DNA of 63,986 nucleotides, the filler included, from Barthelona sp. PAP020 (Eukaryota): assembly GCA_040182905.1 (NCBI GenBank). It is 5 parts of 5 records of this genome, joined end to end, with 100 filler letters (N's around TTAATTAATTAA, not from the genome) between each part and the next. Parts side by side here need not be neighbours in the genome. Positions count along the whole stretch, not along the records: positions 1 to 13,704 come from JARQWU010000317.1; 4 more parts are not named here. One strand, given 5' to 3'. Position 1 is the first letter of the stretch, and every line of letters begins with the position of its first letter. The translations under genes were made by a program, and so were the position numbers. Positions 1-11,707 of the stretch are shown one piece after another. The notes under the pieces are model-generated. The model saw nothing but the letters and a program-made list of their open reading frames with translations, did no database searches and was not told the DNA's origin.

Positions 1-19
1 AAAAAAATTTTTCATAATT

Positions 20-3000
20 TCATGGGTGATGTTCATCTTCAATATTGCTCAACATTTGGTCCAATTTTGCAAAAATATTGAATATTTGTGAAGATATCAT
101 CTCAGTGGAAACACTTAAACTGTTGTGTAAAGCGTTAGGAATCATAACTTTGGGTTGTTTAATGTTTAACCACCCTAAAATTCCATTGATATCTGCTTTA
201 GCATTGCCAATAACGTTTAATCTTGGTTTAAGATTAAATTGTTCAACTTCCAAGAAGGCTTTTTGTTTTTTCTTTTTATTGGGATTTTCGAATTCCCCAA
301 ACACGTTCAACACATCATCGAACAAATTCTTATTCAATGAAACAGTGATTGAATCTTTCCATTTGGTGTTGCAGCTATTCAAAATGACAACACCATTTGT
401 GGGTTGAGATAAAAGAACAATTTCGCAACCAGGGATGATCATAATTTTGGAAATTCCTTTGGTAGAATTGGCATTTGCAGCTCTTGAAGCAACAACGTCA
501 TTAATAGAAAGAATGGATTGACGTTTCATTGAATTGTTGATATATTCATGATTAAACTGTCCATTCGCTAAACTAAAAATAAGAACAGTTGGAACATTTT
601 CTGGCAAAATGCGGACATCAATCCCATCAAATTTGAATAAAATTTGACAAGTGGGTGTATCAGTTGACTTGATGGAAGTTTTGCTGATTTTTGTCTTGTT
701 TGACACCTGAATGGGTGTTTCTTGGAATATTTCTGATTTTGTTTGGGCTTGTTTGAAGAATTCAATTCCAGAAGTCATTATTGATTGAATAGCCATTGTC
801 AATTGAGTGGAGATTACCATTTCAATTTTTTCAACAAAGAACATTATTTGACTCAAAGATTTATTCATGTCAAGGGTGTTCAAAATTTTAATGTTATTAA
901 TTTCACCTTCAACCAATGGATTAAGATTATGAGTTAGATCTGAAGTTATCTCATCAAGACTGATTCTAATATTGTAAATGCCTGCTGATGTTGGTTTGAA
1001 AATCACCACTCTAAATTTAGGGAATGAAGTAATTCCAGCCAAACTGCCTTTAAGATTGGCATCAGTGAAAGGCACATCCAAAATAAACACCAATTGACCA
1101 GTTTCTGCTGATCTACGAGCAGAAATGCTTGAATTCCTCACATTTGCAGTAACAACTGTCGGTCCAAGATTTGAGTTCACCAAAATGTTTTTAACAATGA
1201 CAGAAGTAATTACAGTCATGTTAAACTTTGATTTAGAGCTCGATTTTTTCTTATATTTAGGTTTCGTTGATTGAGCAAGTTTGTTAGATGACGTTGAGGG
1301 TCGGAAAACAAACCACTGATCCAAAATCTGGAAAATTTGATTGATAAATGGTAGGTTCAATTCCAATGAAGCTTCATCAAGCATAAAAGCGTGGGTTAAC
1401 ACAGATTTTTCGTCAGAACCAAAAACTGTATGATTGACTTGATTCATCAGACCATATAGCAAGCATTTTAAAGCATACACATGAGATTCTCTTTGAATCT
1501 CATATATTAACAAAGATGCTTCAACAATGTTGATTTGACCAGAAATTTGAATGTTCCCCTCACTGGCAGTTATTCTCGCCATAAAATTGCACGTTGATAT
1601 GTCGAATTTAGAAGTGACTTGATTTTGTTGTCTAGTCCAATACCCGGACTCAATTTGTTTGCCATGAATTTGTATGGAAATTTCCTTAAAACCGAAAACA
1701 ATCACATTCTCAGTTTCTACAGTTTTCAACAGTTCTTTTTGTTCTCTTCTTTTTACCAATTGCTTTTGTTTGCTTTCAACTCTTTCTGCCAATTCACGGT
1801 TTCTTTGATCCAACATTGTTTGTTGAATTTGCTTCTCAACATTTCGGTTTGATATAACGTACGCAAATGGAACGTCAGAAACTTCAGAATTAAACATATT
1901 AAACACATTTTTTAACCATAAAGCAAATTGAGATTGAAGCTCAAAATGAAGCTCTCCAAATGTCACAATTACGGTATTGACAACGGTATCTTCATATCTA
2001 CGATATATAGACACATGAACTGAAGGCGTTTCAAATTGTTGAATGACTGTATTTTCTTCATTTAGAATGGAAAGTCGATTGGACGGAATTACAAACTGCA
2101 TTGAGCAAGTAATTTTCCAACCTACATCAGGATTGTCAAGAGGTGTTGCTATTGGATTGATGAAGAAATCATCCACAATCGAATCAGAAACAGTAGTGAC
2201 AGACACCATTGGTTGAATTGCAGCAGTATTGGCAGCAAATTTATTCACTTGATTCCATGAATCAAGAACTGTTCCAACACAAACCAACCAAGTGCTAGTA
2301 ATTTCTGAATTCAAAGGATTACTCTCGAAATGAATTTCAGTATGTAACGATTTTTCGATCAGTTGAGCATAAATTATCAACGAAACATTAGTCCACGAAA
2401 TGGTGTCCAATTTTGCTTTTCTATTGGCAAATTTAGCAAATACAACCTCTTCAATAGGGAAATGTCGTCTATTGGCACAAATAACCATTGATTCCATCAA
2501 AAAAGAAAAAGAAATATTGGCAGATTGTTCACCAATTGGTGGACTAACTCTGTTGTAAAGCAAGATATCATTAAGTATTAAATGAACAATTTCAACTGGA
2601 ACAGCAGATGAAATGGGTACATATTGTGATGGGAGAGTTAACTCAAAACAATCAATCTTTACAGTGACCAGAGTGTTGAAAATTAAACCAATACTATGAT
2701 TTCGAGCCAAATCTTCAATTTCAGCAATCGCTTCCGTAGTTTCAGCTGTACTTGCTCCAAGGGGCATGTCTTGAATGATTGATTGGGTTTTTTGTTTATT
2801 TAATGCTGTTTTTAAATATGAGATGAGCATCATAATAACATTGTATGCACCAGGCTTCGCTCCACAATCCAATTGATGAAAATGTAAATGTACTTGCTTC
2901 GTGTCAACATCACAATGTTTGTCATGAATAGAATCGTTGGAAATGAAAAAACCAATATTGGCACCGGCTACCGGTACTGAATCATATTCTTGTTCATGAA

Positions 3001-6000
3001 CAATAACATTGTTTGCGAACAAAGTGAGTGAAAGTGGGTCGACAAAAATACCAAAACTCCATTTTGGAATGTTAGAATTATCAATTGCACGATAACAGGC
3101 AATCAACGTCAAAGTATCAAGGGAAAGAGCAACTGAAGCAGCAGGTGAATGCATTGTACCAGATATAGAACTGAAATTCAATTTTAAATTTGTATTTTTA
3201 GTTCGTCCAGTATGTTCAACTGTTTTTGCTTGTTCAACGACATCAGTAACTAATTTGGCTCTGATAGCACTTAGTTTATTAAATTGAGATTTTATCTGAT
3301 TTATTAGACCAGTAAGAAACGATTCAATAGTAATCAGTGACTGAATAGTGATTTCAAAAACAATAGGATTGACAATGATTGTGTAATCACTGAGTGGTTT
3401 ATCTACGGAGAGTTTATCCAATCCAATAACAATAAATCCAGGCAGGCCAAACTCCAAATCAGATCCTTCAACATCACTTCGAGCATCAACAGATTGATAA
3501 TAGTTGCGTTCCTCAGCCATTGAAAGATTAGTTTCAACAAAACCTAGATTTTCATTCTGATCAGATAATGAGACACTAGGAATAATACTATCACTCAAAA
3601 TACAACTAATATCATCCATTTTAACCATAGTATTCATAGAATCAACGGTTTTCAAAAGACTAAATGAAAAATTGGGGAAACTTGACTTAAATAACTTTGT
3701 ACGACTAACAACATTGATTTGAAGCAAATTGAATTGTACAGTAACCCTAAATATGTCAATAAGTTTTTTCTTGATGATGGGCTCAAGTTCTAGGGAATCT
3801 GAAGAATCTTCTTCATCTGCTTCATCTTGGAAAGGAGTCTTTTGTGATGGGTTAAAGAATTTTAGTTTGTTTAATAAAGCAGGACTAAGCATTTCATTTG
3901 CAATTTCCGAAATTAACATAGATGCAGTGGCATTTGAAGAATATTGATATGAAGTTGTTGAATGTGACGCTGAATGATTTCCAAAACCCAGATTGGAAAT
4001 ATTTTCAGAAGGCTTTTTAGTCAAGGGTTGTTTCTCCATTTGTGGAGGGTTGAATGGATTTAAATATCCAAAGGGTATATAACCAATCAAAAAATCTTGA
4101 AATGAAGACCAAAATGCCATATTTGCTGGAACACCCAAAAGTATTTCTTTGATATTTGTGTCAACATTTAAAGTGATTTCATTATTCATCAATTTAATAG
4201 CACGAGATAAAGAAAGTAAAATATTGTTTAAACTGAATTGAAAATCATAATCAACGAGATCAGAAGATTTTAACCATAGATTAACAGATTTTAATTGAAT
4301 CAAAGAACTGTTCAGAATACAATGATTCTTATTTTTTCGAACATACTTCACAACAGTATCCTTTCCAGGTAACTTTTCAAAGAATCCTGAAACACCATTA
4401 ACTTCAAAAACTACATGACTGCTGTTGTAGTGTACACCCAAATGAACTGTATCAACAATGAATTTAATTGCAAATTGAACAAGATCCTTGTCTTTTTTCT
4501 TTTCAGCTTGTTGTGTTTTCTTTAGAATTTTTGATTGGATTCTGAGGTCATCAGTCAATTCTTTTATGAAATCCAAAGACGCGTTGTTTTCAACAGATAA
4601 AATTGGTCTTTGTTCATCAATATTTCTATCAACTTCCAACGCAAAGCTTAAACTTTTCAGAACATCTACATCTGATCCTTTCATTTTTGATTTTAATGGG
4701 GTAGAAAATAACGGTTTTGGAAGTATTTTATTGGTGATGCGGTCACTTTTATTGGTTCGATGACTCTTTTTCGGTTCGATTTTCTTGGCCTTTTTATTTG
4801 GATCAATGAAGAGATCTATGGTATCAGAATACTCAAAGGATTCAAGAATACTGTAACCGAATCGAACAATTGAAGGCCAAACCTCCAAGTCAATACCGCT
4901 AGAAACAATATTCATAGCGTTATCAATAACGCCATCAAATGGAGTAGAAACAAGCTTACACAGTGTTGGATTAAGTGTAATGATTGAATTACCAGAGACA
5001 GAATCATCAATGATAAAGTTAATTCGCTTTATAGAAAAATCAACAAAAATTTCAAAATCTTTTGAAGAAGCGGAACTGAAATCATCAGAGGCATTAACAT
5101 TTTCCAAAGTTTTTTCTGCTTCAAAGTGATCCCTCACAAACTCGTTGAGAGCTTTTAATGTATTTTGAATTTCAGAGAAGGGTAAATTAATAATATTTTG
5201 ATATACTTTTGAGGATGTTTCAAAAACATTCTCATTGCTGAACTTTCGATTCTTGGAAAATTTTTCAACAAATGAATTAAAAACACGTGTTCTGGCATTT
5301 TTCATTTCAGATAAAAAGTACAAAACATTGAAAAAAGGTGTTAAAAAGTGATTCACAACATTGACGATTCCCATCGTTTCAAAAGGTAATGAATGACTCA
5401 ATACACAAACGCTATTCTCCAAATTACCATTAAACACAAGTTTGGTCTCAAAATTATCTGATTGAAATATTCCATCAATATTAAAGTTATCAACACGAAC
5501 AATCCCTTCATATATATTGTTATCAAAATCAATCAGTTTAAGAGTATTCTTTGAAATGATTGTAAATATTGGATTTGAAGCATTTGTTGAAATTGGAGAA
5601 AGAGAGAGAAACAGCTTGGGCACATTCAAAGCAAATGGCATATTTCTTATCCTGCTATCCATGTATTCATCTTCTAAAGTATTCAGCATTGCAATTTTTG
5701 CTTCAAAGTTTGCATCAAAATTAAAACGATAAGAAGAAGAGGCCACTTCAGGTGAAATTCTATTGGGTTCACTGGACATGTTTTGATTGTATGCATTAGG
5801 ATATTTTCCAAAAAATCTGTGAATGTATATTGGAGAAACCAAACTCAATGTACAATTTAAGGTGAAGTATTTATCACTCAAATTGCTTTGTTTGGTCTTC
5901 CTCTTTATTTTTTGAGTCAACCAGGGATCAAGATACATTTCAATAGTGGCTGATTGTTTAGCTAACATTTCTGTACATTCAGTAATGATATCAAAAGCAA

Positions 6001-9000
6001 GTGGAGAAACGAATAGTCTTGGAGTAATCACAAAATGATAATGTTGGGTTGAAAGAGTTACTCTCTTCAAATCTGCAATTTTATTATCAGTATAACATTT
6101 CGAAACATCGTTTGAATGGAAACTGTCTTCAACAATACCTTTTCTTAACACATTAATCTTTGGATTCAACAAAAATTCAACCATATGATCAAAAGGATCC
6201 TTAATGATTTTCGTTCTTTTAGGTCTTAAGATTTCAACTTCAGTATGACATTGAGCATAATCAAATGCAGATGATCGACAATCTTTAAAACGAGCCCTAT
6301 CTTCTGCAGTGATATAATTTTCATATTCAACTTCATCAGATTCAAATGAGACAAATCCTTCATCATCAGAAGTATCAATATCAGTGAAAATATCGGAAGA
6401 GTTAGCATTTGAAGAAAAATCTTCTTCCTTGAAACTACTGTCATTAGATAATGATGATGATTCATAAACTGACACAAAATCATTAAAGAATTTGGTAGAA
6501 TCAAACAACATATCTTCATTTTTTATATTTTCTTTCAAGAACATATCTTGTTCCGCAAAATAAATGCTATTTTTTGGAATTTGCTTGATATTATGAATAC
6601 TGGTAGGAATTGAGAAAGACAATATTTCAAGGGTACGATCAGTTTGTGTTGCATATAGTTTACAACAAGCATCCAGACATTGCAACTTAAACAAAGAAAA
6701 ATGATCAAGTGATGCCAGATTATCACTGGCAAATTTCAAATTTTTCACATTAATTGCCAATAAATCCAAATCATAACCAATTTTCACATCAATTTTGCAT
6801 ATTTTTGCCCTTAGAAGTGTTCTAGCCAGTTTGCTAGATTTAGTAATATCAGTATCTTTTCCTAAAGATGCAATGTCTCCAAAAAGTCTCATTTGATGTT
6901 TTAAAGCATTACCAATTTGAAATAAATGCATGGTATCAGTTAAAGTGAGAAAAGATGTGATTGTTCCAACAAGAATTTTACTCATTTTCTGATAGACTAC
7001 CTTATTATCAAAAGATTTATTGCTATTAAAAGAAAAAGAAATGTTATTCAAACGAATAAACTGATTGATAAAATTACTTGTCCTGATATCACAAATATCA
7101 GCACTGCACAACATAGAAGTAATTTCGTCATCCAAATTCAACATAAATTTTAAAGTCTTTAATCTAAGAACCAATATTTTTTGAGTATTTTTATTATTTC
7201 CTGCAAAAGCATCCTCAATTAGCGTTCCTCGATTTTTTAGTTTCAACAACAAGGCTGAAGATAATTCAAAATTATTTTCTAAATAATGAATATAATGATG
7301 TGGGGAAGGAATAACGGCGGAATTAGCTAAAATAGTCAAATCTTTAGCAGTTATCGTGAAATTAACTTCATAAGGTAATCTTTCTTTCTTTCTATCATTT
7401 GGTAGAACAAATCGACGGTTTAAAAACTTATTTGATATTTCATTTCGGCTATTATTTATTAAATGGTCTATGGAACACCTTAAAGGGTTTTCACCACTTA
7501 AATTATCAATGAAAGCAATCAATGGATTGACTAAAAATGCATAACTAAATGCTATCAATTTATTTAAGGATACCTTAATTTCAACACGATCACGTCTTGT
7601 CTTATCAATGATTCTATTTTGAAAGAAAGTAAGATCACCTTTAAGAGTATTCAATATTCCAAAGTCAAGGGTTTTAACAGGTTCTTCACATGAATAACTT
7701 AAAAATTCATATAATGTAGATCTTTTTGGAACTGTTAACCCACAAATAATATTTTCAGCATAAAAGTTTCCCTTCATAACACTGGAATGCGTGTCTAATT
7801 TAGTTTCATTTTCAAGTTTACACGTAAGTAAACTGGGAAGGAAAGAAAGATACAATTCGGTTGTGTCAAACACATTTTCATAAGCTTGAAAATCAGTAGC
7901 TGGAAGAAACACTTCAAAGTTAATCACCTCTAAATTGGTAATATTCTTGGAACTCCTGAAAATACTGGGATTTGCAGGTGGATTTTTACAAAATAAATCT
8001 GTGGTCAAATTTTGAAAATACGCTTGCATATCACCATTATAAAACATATGACCTTGCTTGTTTGAAGTGATATTAAACAATTTATAATAATTTTGGTTGA
8101 TAGAAGATGGTGTGAACATTGTACCAACAATCTCAATGTTTGAAAAAGCTCCAAATTTGTTAAGATCTTGGGGATTTTCATGATCCAATCGACCAAATAG
8201 TTCAATATCATTCAAATACACCTTAATCTCATTAGAATTGCCAATTGTGGATAACTGAACTCTTGGATTGTTGAATTCTATCTTTCCATTACCAATAGAT
8301 GCTTTTAATACTTGAGGAACATGATTTTCGCTTTCATAAATGTCATTCTTGATGTTTCTAAAAAAATAATCAACATCAACATTGCTAAACCCAATGTTTG
8401 TGGTAAAACAAGTGTGAAATCTTTCAAAACCATTCTCATCAAGATAAAATTTTTCAGTACAAGGGTGGCTTTTGACCAAACTAGCAGGAAGAAAGAACCC
8501 CTGAAAATTTTTTCGCCACCATTCAATCGAAGATCCATAGTTTAATGAAACAACATCTCTTAAGAAAATGTTAATACCAAATCCAGGAGAATCTTTTTGA
8601 AACTCAATTAGATCAATATCAGAAGAACGAAAAAGACTTTTTTCAGGATTCATACCAAATCTTCCAACTTGCCTTAAAGGAATATACCCTGGCTTGTCTC
8701 GATAAAAATTGAATTCCAACTTTCCATCATAGATATCGGATACAAATGCATACGGATGCAGTTTATCAAAATCTTCCTTGAATATGTTTTGAATGTCTTC
8801 AAACTCATTGATATTTTCATTGATATGAAAATATTGCTGAACAAAAAGGGAAGTACAGGTCATATCAGGAACATCATAGATATCGTTCACCAAATCGTTA
8901 GTTTGCAAGGAAATTTTTGCTCTGTTAGTTTTACCGACTACTGACAATCGATAATTATCATATTCATTTGGTGCTGTATCAACAGATAACCCACAGTATA

Positions 9001-9667
9001 AATCTTTAACTTTCACGATACACATACTCTCACTGGTTGGAGCTATTGCTTTAATTACCATGTCACTGATTTTACTCTCAAGATATGGACAAAAAGTAAA
9101 AAATACCGGAATATATTCAAGCTCCTGAACACCAAAATTAGAATTACTTCCAGAGGAAGCAATTGTATGAGGTATTTTATCAATAGGAATTTCATAGTCT
9201 AAGATGGCTTCTTCAAAACCACGATCACGTTCAAAAGCTTCTTTTAACTTGTCATATGCTTTTGTATTATTATATAACCCAATTTTAACACCATCAATAC
9301 TCACAGTGATTCTTGAAGGTAAAGAATCATCACTTGGTTTTCTCTTTACTTCTTTTCTCCACCATCTAAATTGAATAATTACAATTCCACATTCAATAAA
9401 TAGGTTTTCTGTACTATATTTTACATTTCTTAAATATAATTTGCCACCCAAAAGAGCAACATTAGCTGATTCAATTGTCAAACTTCGATTATTCTTGAAA
9501 AAAAAAGACAATATAAATGTAACTACTATTCCAAATAGTCTACCAACGTAGACAAATAAAGACAATACCAAAAATGCAGTAATGGTCGAAAAAAAGACGT
9601 ATCGCCAATTAATGTCCTTTAAAAAATCGATAACTGCTGTAATTATAATATCGACTATTCCAGACAT
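20..9667 (-). CDS. Bridge-like lipid transfer protein, BLTP1/KIAA1109/Csf1/Tweek family (~3215 aa)
   Basis: Single giant ORF; first ATG at 9667 (the ORF-track start at 9673 is GTG). An N-terminal TM segment is followed by IESANVALLGGKLYLRNVKY...IIQFRWWRK, resembling the Csf1/KIAA1109 N-terminus. Long beta-rich body; C-terminal LKPRLNVIG..ILGWL. Confidence 0.75.
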   Translation of the reverse strand: MSGIVDIIITAVIDFLKDINWRYVFFSTITAFLVLSLFVYVGRLFGIVVTFILSFFFKNNRSLTIESANVALLGGKLYLRNVKYSTENLFIECGIVIIQFRWWRKEVKRKPSDDSLPSRITVSIDGVKIGLYNNTKAYDKLKEAFERDRGFEEAILDYEIPIDKIPHTIASSGSNSNFGVQELEYIPVFFTFCPYLESKISDMVIKAIAPTSESMCIVKVKDLYCGLSVDTAPNEYDNYRLSVVGKTNRAKISLQTNDLVNDIYDVPDMTCTSLFVQQYFHINENINEFEDIQNIFKEDFDKLHPYAFVSDIYDGKLEFNFYRDKPGYIPLRQVGRFGMNPEKSLFRSSDIDLIEFQKDSPGFGINIFLRDVVSLNYGSSIEWWRKNFQGFFLPASLVKSHPCTEKFYLDENGFERFHTCFTTNIGFSNVDVDYFFRNIKNDIYESENHVPQVLKASIGNGKIEFNNPRVQLSTIGNSNEIKVYLNDIELFGRLDHENPQDLNKFGAFSNIEIVGTMFTPSSINQNYYKLFNITSNKQGHMFYNGDMQAYFQNLTTDLFCKNPPANPSIFRSSKNITNLEVINFEVFLPATDFQAYENVFDTTELYLSFLPSLLTCKLENETKLDTHSSVMKGNFYAENIICGLTVPKRSTLYEFLSYSCEEPVKTLDFGILNTLKGDLTFFQNRIIDKTRRDRVEIKVSLNKLIAFSYAFLVNPLIAFIDNLSGENPLRCSIDHLINNSRNEISNKFLNRRFVLPNDRKKERLPYEVNFTITAKDLTILANSAVIPSPHHYIHYLENNFELSSALLLKLKNRGTLIEDAFAGNNKNTQKILVLRLKTLKFMLNLDDEITSMLCSADICDIRTSNFINQFIRLNNISFSFNSNKSFDNKVVYQKMSKILVGTITSFLTLTDTMHLFQIGNALKHQMRLFGDIASLGKDTDITKSSKLARTLLRAKICKIDVKIGYDLDLLAINVKNLKFASDNLASLDHFSLFKLQCLDACCKLYATQTDRTLEILSFSIPTSIHNIKQIPKNSIYFAEQDMFLKENIKNEDMLFDSTKFFNDFVSVYESSSLSNDSSFKEEDFSSNANSSDIFTDIDTSDDEGFVSFESDEVEYENYITAEDRARFKDCRSSAFDYAQCHTEVEILRPKRTKIIKDPFDHMVEFLLNPKINVLRKGIVEDSFHSNDVSKCYTDNKIADLKRVTLSTQHYHFVITPRLFVSPLAFDIITECTEMLAKQSATIEMYLDPWLTQKIKRKTKQSNLSDKYFTLNCTLSLVSPIYIHRFFGKYPNAYNQNMSSEPNRISPEVASSSYRFNFDANFEAKIAMLNTLEDEYMDSRIRNMPFALNVPKLFLSLSPISTNASNPIFTIISKNTLKLIDFDNNIYEGIVRVDNFNIDGIFQSDNFETKLVFNGNLENSVCVLSHSLPFETMGIVNVVNHFLTPFFNVLYFLSEMKNARTRVFNSFVEKFSKNRKFSNENVFETSSKVYQNIINLPFSEIQNTLKALNEFVRDHFEAEKTLENVNASDDFSSASSKDFEIFVDFSIKRINFIIDDSVSGNSIITLNPTLCKLVSTPFDGVIDNAMNIVSSGIDLEVWPSIVRFGYSILESFEYSDTIDLFIDPNKKAKKIEPKKSHRTNKSDRITNKILPKPLFSTPLKSKMKGSDVDVLKSLSFALEVDRNIDEQRPILSVENNASLDFIKELTDDLRIQSKILKKTQQAEKKKDKDLVQFAIKFIVDTVHLGVHYNSSHVVFEVNGVSGFFEKLPGKDTVVKYVRKNKNHCILNSSLIQLKSVNLWLKSSDLVDYDFQFSLNNILLSLSRAIKLMNNEITLNVDTNIKEILLGVPANMAFWSSFQDFLIGYIPFGYLNPFNPPQMEKQPLTKKPSENISNLGFGNHSASHSTTSYQYSSNATASMLISEIANEMLSPALLNKLKFFNPSQKTPFQDEADEEDSSDSLELEPIIKKKLIDIFRVTVQFNLLQINVVSRTKLFKSSFPNFSFSLLKTVDSMNTMVKMDDISCILSDSIIPSVSLSDQNENLGFVETNLSMAEERNYYQSVDARSDVEGSDLEFGLPGFIVIGLDKLSVDKPLSDYTIIVNPIVFEITIQSLITIESFLTGLINQIKSQFNKLSAIRAKLVTDVVEQAKTVEHTGRTKNTNLKLNFSSISGTMHSPAASVALSLDTLTLIACYRAIDNSNIPKWSFGIFVDPLSLTLFANNVIVHEQEYDSVPVAGANIGFFISNDSIHDKHCDVDTKQVHLHFHQLDCGAKPGAYNVIMMLISYLKTALNKQKTQSIIQDMPLGASTAETTEAIAEIEDLARNHSIGLIFNTLVTVKIDCFELTLPSQYVPISSAVPVEIVHLILNDILLYNRVSPPIGEQSANISFSFLMESMVICANRRHFPIEEVVFAKFANRKAKLDTISWTNVSLIIYAQLIEKSLHTEIHFESNPLNSEITSTWLVCVGTVLDSWNQVNKFAANTAAIQPMVSVTTVSDSIVDDFFINPIATPLDNPDVGWKITCSMQFVIPSNRLSILNEENTVIQQFETPSVHVSIYRRYEDTVVNTVIVTFGELHFELQSQFALWLKNVFNMFNSEVSDVPFAYVISNRNVEKQIQQTMLDQRNRELAERVESKQKQLVKRREQKELLKTVETENVIVFGFKEISIQIHGKQIESGYWTRQQNQVTSKFDISTCNFMARITASEGNIQISGQINIVEASLLIYEIQRESHVYALKCLLYGLMNQVNHTVFGSDEKSVLTHAFMLDEASLELNLPFINQIFQILDQWFVFRPSTSSNKLAQSTKPKYKKKSSSKSKFNMTVITSVIVKNILVNSNLGPTVVTANVRNSSISARRSAETGQLVFILDVPFTDANLKGSLAGITSFPKFRVVIFKPTSAGIYNIRISLDEITSDLTHNLNPLVEGEINNIKILNTLDMNKSLSQIMFFVEKIEMVISTQLTMAIQSIMTSGIEFFKQAQTKSEIFQETPIQVSNKTKISKTSIKSTDTPTCQILFKFDGIDVRILPENVPTVLIFSLANGQFNHEYINNSMKRQSILSINDVVASRAANANSTKGISKIMIIPGCEIVLLSQPTNGVVILNSCNTKWKDSITVSLNKNLFDDVLNVFGEFENPNKKKKQKAFLEVEQFNLKPRLNVIGNAKADINGILGWLNIKQPKVMIPNALHNSLSVSTEMISSQIFNIFAKLDQMLSNIEDEHHP

Positions 9668-9846
9668 AAGCACATTAGATTTCTAAAGTGTAAAAAAATA
9701 ATAATTTTGTCTTTTTTTGTTGTTACTCAATTTAATGCATTCTAAAGATTGATAAATAATATAGAAAATCCTTAAAAACAAAATACATCACATATTTACA
9801 ACAAATTTTGACTTAAAATGATCAAAACAAAAATGAAACAATGCAA

Positions 9847-11649
9847 TTACTGATCAAGATTTCTTTTCTTGAATTGTTGAGAATAGAACTTGGCTTTTTG
9901 TTTCATTGAATTTTTCCTTTGAGAAGCTCTTTTTTCTAATTTACAAACATGAGCATATTTCTTCCAATCTTCAAACGATAATTTCACAGTTATTTGTCTA
10001 TCAACGGCGTAAAGTTTTGCAATAGCTTCAGATTGTCTCTTTTTCCTGATTTTTTGAAGTTTTTTTGAAGATTTATACCATTTTCTGAAAATCAAATTTT
10101 TCTTTTTCTTGAAGAAATTCTTTGTGGCGGTATTCCGTTGAGAACTTTTGTTCTTTGCAAACGAATGCCAATTTATTAAGGTTTCTTTGAATGAATATCT
10201 CAAATAATATAAATTTGCTTCTTTTTTTCGTAATTGGAATGAATGATTTGTGGAAAAAATTAAATTTTTGAAAGTTTCCTTTTTTAAATTGTGTTTATAC
10301 AATTGAAAAGCTTCCATTTCTTTTAATCGTTTATTTTTAAGCAAAAAATAAAACGAGGCCAAAGATCTCATCTCCAATTGCTTTCTTTCAAAATTTTTAG
10401 CAATTGACGCTTGTTCCTTATATTGTTTTCTAGCTGCTTCTTTTTGTTTTTGTTTCAAAGCAATCAGCAATTCTTCTTCTTTTTCTCTTTCTTTTTTCCT
10501 TCGAATTTCTTCTAATCTTTCACTTAATGAATCAGCCTCTCGCATTAATCGACGCTCTCTAGTTTCCATGTTCATTTCTTTCTTTCTTCTTTGCCGTTCT
10601 TTATTCTTTTTCTGAATTTGTTTGTTTCTATTTTCCATGTTCAAAACTGAAGGCAAATACTTTGGTTGAATTGCTTTGTTTTGTTTTGAAACTGTTTCCT
10701 TTACAATTTGTTGAGACACATCATTTAACTCATTTACTTCATTTATTTTTTCTGTAGATTTTATTTTTAGTCGCTTTAACGCATTTTTACGAGCTTCTCT
10801 TATCGGTTCATTGATTTTTTCCTCTCGAACAACAATAATAAACGATTTCCACAAATCAACACCAAATTTAAGACAATTAATCCTGTAAAAGTTCCTAGCT
10901 AATGCTAAGCATCGTTGTTTTTCCATTTCTATTTTTTTAATGCGAAGTAACTCTCGTTCTTCAATTTTGTTCACATAACAATTCCGCATTTCATTAAAAA
11001 AATGCTGTAAAATATGGTATCTTAAACGAACTTGCAATTCTTTTCTTGATGAAACAATTCCTAAAGCATAATTCTTCCAATAATAAAAAGCAGTTGAAAT
11101 ATCCATCATTTTATACGTTTCAAAACGATGCAATGCTATTTTAGTGGCTTCTTTTATTATTCGTTCTTTTTCTTTTTCATGTAAATCATGTTTCATTTTT
11201 TCAACTCTTTCACGAATTTCTTTTGCACTTTTTTGTTGTTTTACATGCTTTGCTGTAATTTCTTCAACATTAAAATTATCAATTACATCATCCACTTCAG
11301 TTTCATTCAATAGTTTCATAAAATTCTCATGTTTTTTATTAATTTCTTTTGTTTTACGAAATTCTTTCTTAAATTGATTTCTTACATCTCTTTGAGCCTT
11401 TGATAATACATCTTTAGAAATCTCTTTTGGGATTGAAGGTTTTTCAACCAATTTTTTTCGCTCTAATCGCTCATTTCTTCGATCTCTATTAACTTGATGT
11501 CGTTTTTCACTGGATAATTGTGGATTGTGCAAAAAAGACAAAGTTTCAATGTCTTTAGCCATTTCATTTTCCATCTCATCGGCATCAATATCAACCAATA
11601 TCTTACTGGTATCTATAAAATCAAAAACATTAAAGTTCAAATGAGACAT
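9847..11649 (-). CDS. Coiled-coil protein with Sfi1-like W-spaced repeats (CCDC191-like, putative centriolar)
   Basis: K/E/R-rich helical ORF with recurring FYYWK, DLWKSF, INWHSF, FRKWY and FEDWKK motifs. Confidence 0.45.
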   Translation of the reverse strand: MSHLNFNVFDFIDTSKILVDIDADEMENEMAKDIETLSFLHNPQLSSEKRHQVNRDRRNERLERKKLVEKPSIPKEISKDVLSKAQRDVRNQFKKEFRKTKEINKKHENFMKLLNETEVDDVIDNFNVEEITAKHVKQQKSAKEIRERVEKMKHDLHEKEKERIIKEATKIALHRFETYKMMDISTAFYYWKNYALGIVSSRKELQVRLRYHILQHFFNEMRNCYVNKIEERELLRIKKIEMEKQRCLALARNFYRINCLKFGVDLWKSFIIVVREEKINEPIREARKNALKRLKIKSTEKINEVNELNDVSQQIVKETVSKQNKAIQPKYLPSVLNMENRNKQIQKKNKERQRRKKEMNMETRERRLMREADSLSERLEEIRRKKEREKEEELLIALKQKQKEAARKQYKEQASIAKNFERKQLEMRSLASFYFLLKNKRLKEMEAFQLYKHNLKKETFKNLIFSTNHSFQLRKKEANLYYLRYSFKETLINWHSFAKNKSSQRNTATKNFFKKKKNLIFRKWYKSSKKLQKIRKKRQSEAIAKLYAVDRQITVKLSFEDWKKYAHVCKLEKRASQRKNSMKQKAKFYSQQFKKRNLDQ

Positions 11650-11707
11650 AAAAAAAATTGATGTTGAATGAAATTAAAGCTTTTTTTGCGGTATTTTTTC
11701 TTCCACA